64,000 nt of DNA from contig MU057889.1 in the NCBI GenBank assembly GCA_013265495.1, forward strand, positions 62,001 through 126,000, given 5' to 3'. The position numbers and the translations under genes were made by a program. The notes below the pieces were generated by a model, which had not been told where the DNA came from, ran no database searches, and saw only the letters and a program-made list of their open reading frames with translations. Positions 1 to 11,915 of this stretch are shown piece by piece. Numbering within the stretch: position 1 is the first letter of the stretch; the number at the start of each line of letters is the position of its first letter. The DNA is from Vicugna vicugna (Eukaryota).

Positions 1-1819
1 TTTGGGGAATTCAATCGAGTTAATGAAGTTTCACCATGTAAAAAGGTTTGCCATATTAAAGGGCACTACTAGAAGGATGGTGTGAATAAAGATTCTCCAA
101 CTAAGGCTACTCTCTTTTTAAAATAAGCCTACGGAAATAAACACATGCTTAGAATTTGGTAAAGTGCAGGTCAGACACAAAGAGCTTTTAATGGTAGTAT
201 TGCCTCCTTTCTTGGAAATGAAACACACCTGCATCTGTTTTGTCATGTTTTGGCAAACAGGAGCAAAGTGGAGCATTTCTCCCCAAATCTTCAAGATGTA
301 TGCTACAAGCAACCCATAGTTGTCGTCATTTTTTCATCTCACTATTTCTTTTTAAGTAGAATTTTCTGTTCTGGATGCTACATTGCAGCCAGCGGAGAAC
401 TCCCTTTCCAGAGTGGTGTCAGGAGATCTGCAGACCCGACCCCACCCCACCCAATGAAACCACTATAACTGGGAAAATAGATTTTTTTTAATGATCATTT
501 TAACTCTCTAGAAATTGTCCTAAGGGCATACAGTAAATCAAGGAATATTTCCCCAAGAAAATCTCAGCAAGGACAGTGAGGATCTGCAGCACCTGAACCA
601 CGACTTGCTCTCTTCCTCCCTCTCCCTCCCAGCTCAGCAGGAAAGAAACTCCGCTCTGGGTTGGTATGGCTGAGGAAATGGGGTACTCTTTCCCCTCTCC
701 TCCCACTTAAGGGATGTGGCATCTCGCTGGGAGGTTTAGACCATTAGCATTCCTCAAGCACCCCAGCTCCAAGTTGCAGAGGCAAAATTCCTGCAGATGT
801 GGCCAGGACAGGTGGGTCCCTTCCCCCACCCAGCCCCCACCCAGAAAGCAGAGCCTCTAACCCTGGTATGGCAGGCTGATAATGCTGAGTCCCAATTACC
901 CCAGCTCACTTTATGGCAGGGATTCCATCCCAAGAAATGCAAGACAAGAAGGCCAAAGGCTACTGCCCCTGGGCAGTAACTTGCTTGGATGTAGCTCGGC
1001 TAAGTAGGCCCCTGCCCCTCCATAAGCTCTTGGGAAATGGCTTAGAGATTTTGCCAAGGGAGAGGGGCAGTCCATAAGGATGGAAGAATCTGAAGTTCTC
1101 CCCAAAGGAGCGAACTTTATTCTAAACAGAGTGTGGGGGCGCTCATGAATAAGGGCGCCATCATAAACAACAGAGGGTAGTAAGCAGTTAAAAAGGAGGA
1201 GCTTATCTCCCTGCGAGCAACACGTTAAACTGTAGGTTAGCTAGTTTACCAGAGACAACTGGAGAAAGACTCATCTAAGAAAAATCCTACTGGGGGCAGA
1301 ACAAATATGAAAGCCTGGCCGGAAAAATGACCTTTGCAAAGGGGCCTGAAATTAATCGCATCAGATTATGAAGCTTTTCACATCTCAGGGCATTGCTCAC
1401 AGAGCCATCAGCCAGTTATGCATGGAGCGCACAGCTTGGTGTGATACCAACGGAGGCTGACAGGTTAACAGAGCATCAGGGAGACAGATGTTCCCAAAGA
1501 GCCTTGGTCATCCACTCTCATCTCAGGGTGACTGTGCCCCTGCACACGCCTGTGCCCTCCGAGGGATGACATCAGAGGTGTCACGCTGCAGGGGAAATAG
1601 ATGTCACTAAAATAGTCCAGCCAAGTCACTAAACAAACAAAATGACAAGAAGCCCTGGGAGGTAACATGAAAGAGCAGGAATCAGTATCCAGAGTTGCTA
1701 TAATAATTTACCTAGAATGTTCAGGTTTCAACCCAAAATTACGAGACATGCAAAGAAACAGGAAAGTATGACCCATACACAGGAAGGGGGAAAAAACAGC
1801 CAGTAAAAACTGCCTGTGA

Positions 1820-2610
1820 TTGAGGGGTGGAAGGAGTCAAGAGGGAGATGTGAAAGACTAGAAAACTGAGGTGGCTCCTGAGTGGTTCAGGCCTGTGCCT
1901 CTAGCTAAACTGATCTTGTGACTAACACGCTCCCCACCCTGTGCACTCTTTCCTTAGAATAACTTATCCTTTTACCCTAGAGGTCTTGAAAGAAGATCAC
2001 GGACTGAACCTCCAGAAAATGGGCAGAACCTCCTAAATTCCTCTGTAACAACAGCAAGTTCTTATTAAGATGAAAGGAATGTAGCCCCTGCTCACACCCT
2101 GATTGCTATCACCCTCCTGTTCCCATTTTTCTATTGAACCCCAGGACCCTTACCCCAAGACAGGCTCACCGCCTTTAAGGCACTAGCCGGCTGTGACTCC
2201 CTTTGCCTGGCAAAGCAATAAAGCGGTTCTTTCTAATTTCCCCAAAACTCTGCCTCTAACTCAATTCTGCTATAAGGGTACAGAGGGCAGTTTTTCAGCA
2301 ACAGATGTTGGTCAAAGGGTACAAATGTCATTGTAAGATGACTAAGTTTTAGAGATCTACTGTGCAGCATGGTGACTATAGTTAATAAAATTGTATTGTA
2401 CACTTGAAATTTGCTGAGAGTAGATCTGAAGTGTTCTTACTCCCCCCCACACATACACAAAGATAACTATATAAGATAGATGTTTTAATTAGCTTGATTG
2501 TGGTAATCATTTCACAATATACACATATGTGAAATCATCACATTGTACCTTTTAAATATACATAATTTTTATTGCCAGTTATACCTTCATAAAGCTGGGG
2601 GGAGTGGGGA
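1820..2610 (+). mobile_element. L1MA-type LINE-1 3' end interrupted by the solo LTR
   Basis: gggagatg|ttggtcaaagggtac...gtgactatagttaataa...tacacttgaaatttgctgagagtagatc, a typical L1MA 3' UTR; degenerate TSD aaactgcctgtga / aaactttctgtga. Confidence 0.75.
1851..2303 (+). mobile_element. Solo ERV LTR (ERV1-like, 4-bp TSD)
   Basis: Starts TG, ends CA; GATG duplicated at 1847-1850 and 2304-2307; internal AATAAA at 2217-2222. Confidence 0.8.
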
Positions 2611-4409
2611 AAGGAAACTTTCTGTGAGACACCCAAATGTCACAGGTAACAAATAATGTAATTATATGACTAGTCCTGTTTCCCTGGGGAGCCCTGACTG
2701 ATATATTATCCAAAAAGTTCAACAAATTCTTAGTAGGATAAACACGAAGAGATTTATACCTAAATATACCACAGTAAAAATGTTAAAAGACAAAAAAAAA
2801 AATCTTGTAAGCAGCAAGAAAAAAGTGACTCATGACATACAAGATTCCCTCAATAAGATTAAAAGCTGGTTTCTCCTCAGAAATAATGGAGGCCAGAAGC
2901 AGTGGGGTGACAGATTCAAACTGCTGAAAGAAAAAAAACCTATCAACCAAGAATTCTACATTCACAAAGTTCATCTTTCAAAAACGAAGGTGAAATAATG
3001 GCATTCCCCCAGAGACAGCCTGGGAGGGCTGGGGGTGGGCAGCAGCTGGTAAACACCATCTTATCCTCTGGGTTTTTCTCCAGACTAAGAGATTTCTACC
3101 AAGTAACATGTGCTGTGTATAAAATGCATCCCAATTACACAGTGAAAGATGCTGAAAGAAAAAAAAAAGTAGATTTTTTTGTTTCTTGCATATATTAAAA
3201 ATGATTTTTAATCTGTTGCTGGGAAATAAATATTCCCTAGATTTCTTAGTGTTCCTATAAAAGGTCCATCCTCTTGGGATAAGGAAATGTATACAGTTTA
3301 AAGATTTAAAAAAAAAAAAGATGTGCTCTCACTGCCCCTGGAAACATTCCACTTTTCACAAACCAAAAGAATTGTCTACTTAATTGCTCTGATTTGGGGG
3401 AATAATAAGCAATAAGATTCCCTTATCTCTCTGAAAGGGCCGAGTAGCTACTGCCTGAACCCCGGCCCTAGGTTAAGCTCCAGGTGGCCAGGCACACCGG
3501 GGCACTCGGACCCTTGAGGGCATTTACGTTCAGGCAATAATGTGGCCTGGAGCCTGGGAGACACTTCCAAGTTGTAAAAGCCACAGATATATGATTGCCC
3601 TTGGAGATGTTTTATTTCCATAGCAGCGAGTTGCAGTAAGAATCCAGGAATCTCCAAGGAGCAAAAGTTTTTCTCCCTCCTTTCAGGAAAGGCTGAGGAC
3701 AGCTGTCTTTCTCTTGTGTATACGTAGCCCCAAATCCATTTTCTCCCACTTTTGCCTATGGAATGTGCAGCCACTTGTGTAGAAGATTTTTCCACTTTTA
3801 TTGCATCACCCCAAGAGTAACGACTAGAGCAACGGGGGACCACCCACTTATTCCTTACCGTAAGGTAATTAATTAAAAACTACCCCTGATGCAGAACATT
3901 TCACATGTACTTTTAGAATAAAATTAATAAAGATACATGTCAAGTGCATAACAATTTTTAAAGTGTTATTTTAGAAGTAAAATATTGTTTTGTTGTGTAA
4001 ATGCAATACACTACACACTGGAGTCAGGAAGTCATACATTCCTGATGCAGTGGTCTTTTACTAACTCTGAAGAAGAAATTAAAACCTCCTGTCTTAAAGA
4101 ACAACCAAAAAAAAAAAAATCTCGGCATTCACTGCAGCGGAAACTGAACCATCATAAAACTTAAGTGAGAAGTATTTCCTCAGAAGTGTTAAGGGCCCAT
4201 ATCTGGGAAAACTCATGTTTGTACTCTGCTCAGTCAGCATCCTTAGAATCAGAGGGTCGGGAGAACACTTTGCCCATCCCCATCCTCAGACAATTATCCG
4301 TTAGCTACAGTAGCCATAGCGCTTAGAACCCAGAGTGCTGTTAGAGACCCACAAAAATGTCTTAGAGTCTTTTAAAATCAGAAGAAAAATGAACTTTTAA
4401 GCCAAAATA

Positions 4410-4500
4410 TACATGTTTCTATGTGACTGAAGCATTGTGCTGTACACCAGAAATCAACACATTGTAAACTGACTATATGTAATAAAAATATTTTTAAAAT
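4410..4500 (+). mobile_element. Short L1 3'-terminal fragment
   Basis: tgactgaagcattgtgctgtacaccagaaatcaacacattgtaaactgactata...aataaaaa, same 3' end type as 12760-12825. Confidence 0.65.
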
Positions 4501-5687
4501 GCACTAAGAAGCACAATAAAATGAGGTGTGCCTGTAACAAGCTAAAGGTCCCAGGAACAGAGCTGGAGTACAGATGATGAATTCAGGATCACACATGCAG
4601 AGTTTCGGGTGTTCTGGAATACCCAAGTAGAAATGTCCCCTTGGTAGCTGGATATATGGGTCTGAACTAAAAAGAGAGGAATCGGTAGGTCAGGCTGCTG
4701 GATTTGGGGAGTCTTCAATTGGTAGGTGGTGACTGACATGGATTAAGACTTCCCAGGGAGTGTGTGAAGAGTTAAGAATTAATTTTTACCTTCACCCCCG
4801 GCCCAGTAACCGTAAGGTTGGTTTCTGTGTTTGTTAAGTCTGTGTTTTGTAAATCAGTTCATCTGTGAGCTGGGGCTGAGCTAGCTAGTCCTTCGGGTCA
4901 TTTAGGGGCATTGGAAATAGGAACATTAACTCATCTAGGATGAAAGAGGTCAGCAGAGGAGGGAAGCGCAGACTGGAATGCCTCTAGGTGTCTCAGCTCC
5001 GGAGCTGTTCAGGTTCCACAGTGAGTTCTCCATCACCACATGTTTTCTTACACGGTGGCCTGAGAGACTCACAGGTTGGACTCTGGAGCACCGGACTGCT
5101 GGACACAGGGAGACGGTTTCTGCAGGAGAGCCCAAGAGCCAGCCTGGGTGGGACTGAGATCTAGTCCTGCAAAGCCAACCTTAAGAAAAGAGAAAGGAAG
5201 AAGTTGGAGGATGAGGTTTAAAGAGCATTCAGGCTTTAAGGTCTTATCTTTCATACTGTCACTTCTGGAGAGGGGTGAGGCAGGGCTGTACCAGAATGTT
5301 CTGAGAGTTGCAAAGAGGGCTGCTGGCAAACTTTAAACTGGTGGGTGGGATAGAGAAGACCTCTTTCTTTCCCCTAATTTCCACTGCTTCTAACAACAAA
5401 AGTCGGAGCCGGTGTGATCTCAGCTGCTTCTCCTGACTCACTCCACATGAAGGAAAGGAACCATTGACAGCGTGCCCTGTCACACTGTCCTCTACTCTGA
5501 AGGAGCCCAGCCACAGACCTGGAAATCCTCATTTTTGCCTCCAACTCAAGCCAAGTAGGATAGGCCTCTGCAACTTTTGACCCCTGTGGTCCTGCTTTCT
5601 CCAGCTGACCCACAGTCTTCAGCCAGCCCACCCTAGGGGCTCTCTATAGATTTTCCTCCAAGAGACAAAGGGGCCCAGAAAAGGCAA

Positions 5688-5900
5688 TTCATTCATTCCT
5701 TCATTCAGGAAGAATTGATTAAGCACCTATTATGTGACAAACCTGCTGTTACGTAGTGGGGATATAACAGGGATCAAGACACACAAGGACCCCACTTTCA
5801 AGAAGCTTAGAGTCCAATGGGGGAGACACATTAAACCAAGAATTACTAGACTGACAAATAAAACTATTTTAGATCCAGCATTCAGTGGTACATGTAACAA
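5688..5900 (-). mobile_element. L2 3'-end fragment
   Basis: ttcattcattc...attaagcacctattatgtg...ggggatataacaggga. Confidence 0.55.
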
Positions 5901-6437
5901 AGTGGTCCAAGAGAGGTGAGCAGGGAAGAGGCAGATGGGGGCTGGGATATCTCTGCCACCCAGTCCTTCCAAAGTCCTAGCTTAATACCAGGTGGATGCT
6001 TCACTGCATCCATCTTAGCTTGGCTACCCCCTTGATAGAAGTTATAGCTCAAGGTACAGCTTTCAAGTATCCCATGTAGATCCCTTTGCTGTACCAATTT
6101 TATGTAAATTCTCCTCAGTTACCCATGTGAGTTTGCCATCTGTTTCCTGCCAAAACCATGATTTAGTGCCGGCCCTCATGAAAAGGCTATTTACAGAAGT
6201 GGGCAGGGTTAGAGAAATTTTTTAAAAGTTGGGGCATCTAGGTTTTAGCAACAGTAAGAAACCATCATCACCCTAGGACTAAGAGGGCAAGGGAAGGAAT
6301 ACATGTTACCGTAGCCTGGTTGAGAGGTGGAGCCATGGAAAAGAGAACACTTGACAGAAATCATCATGTAAAGACCCAGCCAGTGTCAGAACTGTGGCAG
6401 AAAGGTATTAGGAGGAATAAATACATTGATCTCAATC

Positions 6438-6471
6438 TGTGTGTGTGTGTGTGTGTATGTGTGTATGTGTG
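6438..6471. repeat. (TG)n microsatellite, imperfect
   Basis: tgtgtgtgtgtgtgtgtgtatgtgtgtatgtgtg. Confidence 0.9.
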
Positions 6472-6599
6472 TTTCCTTCTCCAATATCCCATTGGCTAAA
6501 CACAATCTGAAGCTGAACCCAACCAGCACTCGGATGATCAAGTCAATAGAGGTCTGCCTTCTGGGGTATAGGGCCAAAAGGGGCTGATATGGAGAGCCA

Positions 6600-6978
6600 G
6601 ACAGAAAATAACCATCTAATCACTCCTCACTGTCAAGAACACTTTTCAAAGAGAGTAGATAGCTTTTTAAAATGTATTACAAAGAATATATCTTATTTTG
6701 GTAATAAGATTTTTTTTAAAGATAGGGCAGAGAGTACACCACCACACACATGGCAAATTAGCTTAACAGGTCCAACTTGCCAGGGTTGTTAGCAGGCCAG
6801 CCTGCCTGAGCAGGTGACATACGGACCTCAGAGCACAACCCATTGTGAGGAAGCATGGATTGTTTCTGAGGTTCTAGAATTCCCAGATGCTGTGGCTCAG
6901 CAGTGGGAGCTTCTGCTCACGTTTGCTTCACGGCTCCTGGGTACCCCACACCAGGGGCCCCTCTTTCCCAAATTCCAG
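6600..6978 (+). promoter_or_regulatory. ACRV1: ACRV1 proximal promoter and 5' UTR (spermatid-specific; no CpG island)
   Basis: Directly upstream of the ATG; contains AGAAAA (6603-6608) and ACACAC motifs (about 6744-6750) resembling described mouse SP-10 promoter elements; TSS not determinable. Confidence 0.5.
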
Positions 6979-7030
6979 ATGAAGATGTTTCTCTTACTAG
7001 TGAATCTTTATCTGCTTGGATCTGCCAGAG
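6979..7030 (+). CDS. ACRV1: ACRV1 coding exon 1 (signal peptide)
   Basis: ATG AAG ATG TTT CTC TTA...GCC AGA G|gtgagt; 52 nt. Confidence 0.93.
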
Positions 7031-10000
7031 GTGAGTCCTCTCTCTTGGCTCTGGGGGGACATGTAAGAGGCCTCTTTAAGGTGCTTCGGCCCTTGAAGGA
7101 AGGCCAGTATGTTGGTTACTCAAACCAGTCTGACTCAGAATTAGGAACAGCTAAGCAAGTTCAGCTCTGAGAGCTGCAGAAGCAGCTGATTGCTCCCAGT
7201 TACAGCTTCCCCATCAGAGACTGGCTTGGCGCAGTATCATTCTTACTTATTTCAGCCACTCAACATTTGTATCTGATGCTCTGTGGAACAAGAAGGTAGG
7301 TCTAGGGGTTCTGCAGGAGTCCAGTGTAGGTCTTTCCGAGTGAACTGAGTGTCAGGGATCTTTGTTTGATGTAGCAAGGAGAGAGACAAGGAGATGGGAA
7401 TGGGTTAAGCCCAGAAAGTCACCCCTAAACACAGCACGGCTGTGGGGCAGAGACCCAACCAGCTCGCCTTCCTGGCTATGGGCCCTCTATCCCATTCTCT
7501 ATTTCCCCTTTCAGGATCCCTGTTCATGGTGGGCTGTGCTCCCCCAGCTCCTACAGAAGTGAGAGGCCATGAGCTCTGAGCCGTCAGTTAAATGACAAAA
7601 TGTCTTCTGTGATGTTGCTTCTCAGATTTGGTCTTTTGCTTTCTTAGACTTTCAAAAGTTGACTCAGAAATGTAGATACATTCCTGCCAGACAGTGGTAG
7701 GTGCCAGCCACTTGGTGAAATAAACTATAAGAATGACTAAGAAATCAGTGTGCTCTTTCAAGCCTCCTTTCAGTATCAGAAATCTCTTTATACATCTCTT
7801 TATAAAAACTTTTGAGATTTTTGATGAATCAGTCAAGCAGATGGTATTTCTGTAACAACTTTTTAAAATAAAAAACTCCTAAAAGCCTTAGCCAATCTTA
7901 CCTTTCCTGTATCAACATATTCTAATCCCAGGCTTTCAGAGAGTTAGTTGTAAGGACTGTGATTATAAGGACTTCAGACCTAGAGTACTTTGGGGCCTTA
8001 GGCCTCAAAGAGCCTGGATTCCTCTCAATTTTTGTCTAGGATTAATAACTTAGTCATTATAGTCATTCACCACCCTCTTGTAGGTTATTCAGTCTAAATC
8101 AGTTACTCAGAGTCAATCAAATTGTTTGGTGCTACACTTAATAAAATGAAAGTTATCCTTAAGGAATATTTGTCTGACAGTCATTGATGAGATGGATTAA
8201 AGGTAGAAGAGAGTGGTCAGAAGAGAACGATCAGCTATGAGCTTTGTAATTCCAAGCGCAAGGTGGGGAAGAGGAAAGACTAAAATTAATCGAGCACTTA
8301 AGCAATGGACTAGGTACTTCACAACTTACCTTGCTGAATACTCACGACGACTCCATGAAGCAGGTGTAAGTGGTATGTCACAAGGAATCTCAGTTCAAAG
8401 ATACAGGAGCAAAGAATGTTTTTATCTTAATAACCAATCGATAGCAACTTGGCTTTGAGTCTCCAACCCACGTGGGCTGGGGACTGACTATGGGAAAGAA
8501 TGTGAACTTGCCAAATAAAGGTAGGTCTTCATCCCTTGTGATAATCTTTGTGCGATCATTAGATACTTGTCATCTCCCATTTAAAACGTGTCTTACCCAA
8601 AGTCTAAAACCTTCCACTCTCAGTTTCAGCTAGAATTACTCTGTTATTGAAACAGCTTGCTTTCTCTCACCCTCATGTATCTCCATTCTTACCTTTCATC
8701 CGTAGAGGAACTGGAGGGAGGCTAGCGGTGAAATTCTGATTACATGAATGATGATACATCGATGTCCTCATGCTGGCTTTGTCCAGGATGCACAAGTACT
8801 TTTGGTGCTAGGTGAGTGGGCCCCTCTGTGCCCACTCAGTACACACAGATCCGCATAAATATTATGGATCTTAAAACTCTTCCCTTCAATCACAGAGGTG
8901 GTCTTTTGTGTGTTTCGTTAACACCTCTGTCTTCCATGGTCTCTCAGGTAATTGTTTGACTTCCTCCAACATCTGCAACATCTTCAAGTGCTTGATCTAG
9001 GTCCCCAGGAAACTTAGGAATCCCACAACCTTACTCCATAGGAAAGTACTCTTTACCCTGACATTCTCTCTCACCTTCACTGTCTCTCCTTCTGTTACTT
9101 CTCCATCCCAGGATCATCAGGTCAACCTGATGAGCTTCCTGGCTCTCTGGATCATCAAGCTTCAGTTCAGCAACTTTCAGGTGATTACTTTTCACTTGCA
9201 AATCTTTCAGAATGTGAGGCTTTGTACAAGACTGCTTCAGGTGAGAACGCCTTTAGCGAGCATGCTGCAGTTGAGCACGCTTCAGGTGAGCACACTGCGG
9301 TTGAACATGCTTCAGGTGAACAAGCTGTGGCTGAACACGCTTCGGGCGAGTACGCTTCAGGTGAGCATGCTGCAGGTGAACATGCTTCCAGTGAACAACC
9401 TTCAGGTGAACAGTCTTCAGTTGAAAAGCCTGCAGGTGAGCAGCCTTCAGCTGAACAGCCTTTGGGTGAACAGCCTTCAGGTGAACAGGTCGCAGGTGAA
9501 CAGTCATCAGGTGAAGATCCTTCAGGCATTCCACCTTCAAGCACAGTTTCAGGTGAGCCACACTTGGATGGGTGCCAGTTCTTGACTTCAGGTGGGAAGT
9601 AGGTAACACATCAAGAAAATCAATTTTAAGGAGTTTAGAAGAAATAATGGCTCAGATACTTCACAAACAGCTCTCCCAAAGACTTTTTATATTTATTTAC
9701 AATAATACCAGGGGTCAGGATCCAAGTTTTGTGGGGCTCTGAAGGTTAAACAATTCAGAGAGCCCTCTTTAAGAAAAGGACACAAATGCAAAATGCCAGC
9801 AGACCCTCCAACTTCACTCTACATAAGGAATTATGAATACAGATGCCCGTGGCTCCCCGGGAAGGGGCTCACGGAGGCCACCTCTGTAAGCTTCATGCTA
9901 AATCTGCCTCTGAACAAGCTATGCTCAAATGCTTTGCAAGCCCTGTAAAGAGATGTCTAGTCCTGGACTTGGTAGCTTTTTGTTTTTTCTTTGTTTGAAT

Positions 10001-11915
10001 GTGGAAAGTAAATCATGGAGACACTTTTGTCGATTAGATCCGGAAATAAGTTCCCAGAACAACTTCAATTCTTTGGCTTTTACTGAAAAGGGGTTGTTCA
10101 AGGAAGGAAAACAAGATCCAAGTTTTCATGATTCAAGTTATTACCTACCAGACACAAACACTTCATGTTTCACCCACTGTGTAAGTAATAGTGTCCCAGA
10201 TTTCCAGGTGAGAGAAGTGAGGCCAACATCAACTGGCTAGAAAGTAGCAAACTTTGGGTTCAAACTTAGGTCCAACTTCAAAGCCCAGATTCCTTCCACT
10301 TTCTATTTCCTTAATTAGGGGACTGGCAGTGGAGACAGTAAGAGAAGCAATATGGAATCATTTCAAAGAGTATGAATGCCCTTTGTGAAAAATCAACCTT
10401 GTTGAAGGTCAACTTGAGAATGGAGAATGACGCAGACACTTTACAGGGTTTGCAACATTAGAGCATTCTAACAGAGCTTATTAATCAAATTTTACTACAA
10501 ATGTTTGTGCTTTGTGGATAAGTGGGAGTGTACAGGGCGTATGGAAGGGATCAGTCACGTGAGTTCTACTTGGCTCCTACTGAGTTAGACACCACAGAAG
10601 GGCATCTAATTATACATGTCCAGGAAGCCACGGGCATATGAATTAAGAGTCAGTATTAGAGAGATAAACGTGGGATTCATCAGCAGTGAAAATCACAGTC
10701 GAAGTAGTAAGAATGCAGGAGTTTTCTGGTACGGGAAAAAGAATATGTCTTTCAGACACAGACCCTTCACATCCCCAACAAGAACCAAGAAATGGAATGT
10801 ACCCTCACCACTTGTTGCCCATCATTCCTCCCCAGATGTGTGACCCAAGGCTACACACCTGGATCATAAGGTTATTTCATCAGTCTTATCTTAAATTTTC
10901 AGGCCCGGCATTAAATTGCCACACATGCTCTTTTATGAATGAACAAGGAAAATGTCTTCGTGGAGAGGGAGTCTGCACTACTCAGAATTCCCAGCAGTGC
11001 ATGTTAAAGAAGATCTTTGAAGGTATATGGGGACTTCACGAACCAATCTTTGCCAGAGAACACATCAGCCAGCTTGAGTACGGATGGGGAGCAGTTAGGG
11101 TGGCGGGGGCCTGAGGAGGGCCCAAGCTGTGATTCCTCAGAACCTTGGAGATTCATGAGAACCTCATCCTTTCGGGAATTAAGAGCAGAATTCCAGCTAC
11201 TTAGAGAAAGGTAGAGGCCCTTCCCAGCAGGTCTAAGATGTCTTAAAAGGAGGCAGGGAGATTGGCTGTCTCTTCCTATTAAAGAAAAGTGTGAGTTGCC
11301 CCTTGAGCTGTTGAGACATTGAATGTAAGCTCAGGAATGAGCTTATTCACAACTATGTACTCCTAGCACTTGGCACAATGTCCAGCCTATGGTAGGCCTT
11401 TAGTAAATACTGAATAAGTGAATGAACTAATAAACAATGGCCCACCAGTCTGCGTTCACAGGTTGCCAGATGTGTCTGAGTGTATTCCCACACCTCTCTA
11501 CCCTTCACTCAATCCTCATCCCCCAAACAAAGAAGAGATCTTGGTTACTTCCACCTTATGAACCACACTGCCTGACTTCCCTTGTGGTTTACCTGGCCTC
11601 TCACTAGAGAGAGTGGGCAACTGATCTGAGGAAAGGCCCAGAAGATGCAGATGGAAGGGGAGGGAGAGAAAGAATATACAAGTTGGAGGACTTGGCCGTG
11701 CCTACATGGCAACTCTGGGGACCACGGATGGAGGCTAAGGCTAGAGGAGGAAGCTTTCTGCTCACTACACTCTGTCTCTGCTTCTTTCAGGTGGAAAACT
11801 TCAATTTATGGTTCAAGGGTGTGAGAACATGTGCCCATCTATGAACCTCTTCTCCCACGGAACCAGGATGCAAATCATATGCTGTCAGAACCAGTCTTTC
11901 TGCAATAAGATCTAG
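6979..11915 (+). CDS. ACRV1: Acrosomal protein SP-10 (acrosomal vesicle protein 1), whole CDS join(6979..7030,9112..9552,10903..11022,11791..11915), 245 aa
   Basis: Spliced frame of 738 nt: signal peptide [26 protein letters not shown] acidic repeats, C-terminal 10-Cys Ly6/uPAR domain ending [11 protein letters not shown]. All introns are GT-AG, phase 1. Confidence 0.97.
9112..9552 (+). CDS. ACRV1: ACRV1 coding exon 2 (SGEH/SGEQ repeat region)
   Basis: Polypyrimidine tract then cccag|GA TCA TCA GGT CAA CCT ([22 protein letters not shown]...); ends TCA G|gtgagc; 441 nt. Confidence 0.92.
9709..9912. mobile_element. MER53-like hAT MITE in ACRV1 intron 2
   Basis: caggggtcaggatccaagttttgtggggc...gccctctttaagaaaa...aagcttcatgctaaatctgcctctg matches the recalled MER53 consensus with inverted ends. 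Confidence 0.65.
10903..11022 (+). CDS. ACRV1: ACRV1 coding exon 3 (LU domain, first half)
   Basis: ttttcag|GC CCG GCA TTA AAT TGC ([40 protein letters not shown]) G|gtatat; 120 nt. Confidence 0.96.
11791..11915 (+). CDS. ACRV1: ACRV1 coding exon 4 (LU domain, second half, stop)
   Basis: ctttcag|GT GGA AAA CTT ([41 protein letters not shown]) TAG; 125 nt. Confidence 0.96.

Larger units (their letters stand above)
1140..3000 (+). mobile_element. Old L1M (5'/ORF1 region) hosting the nested L1MA and LTR
   Basis: atccagagttgctataat...aattacgagacatgcaaagaaacaggaaagtatgacccatac and aatggaggccagaagcagtggggtgacagattcaaactgctgaaag resemble L1M ORF1-region consensus; boundaries approximate. Confidence 0.6.

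Noticed and set aside
1..470. Possible decayed processed pseudogene at the window start
   Set aside because: The frames contain several stops and I recognise no protein; a tBLASTx search would be needed.
500..6500. Search for a PATE/Ly6-family paralog upstream of ACRV1
   Set aside because: No signal-peptide exon or Cys-patterned LU exon was found; the region is mostly repeats.
9240..9520. Short periodic repeat that could be mistaken for a CRISPR-like or satellite array
   Set aside because: It is protein-coding, has no unique spacers, and lies in eukaryotic DNA.
9130..9609. Alternative-frame and antisense ORFs over ACRV1 exon 2 (LQVN.. and CSPEA.. repeats)
   Set aside because: By-products of the 15-nt coding repeat; only the SGE frame joins exons 1, 3 and 4 into SP-10.
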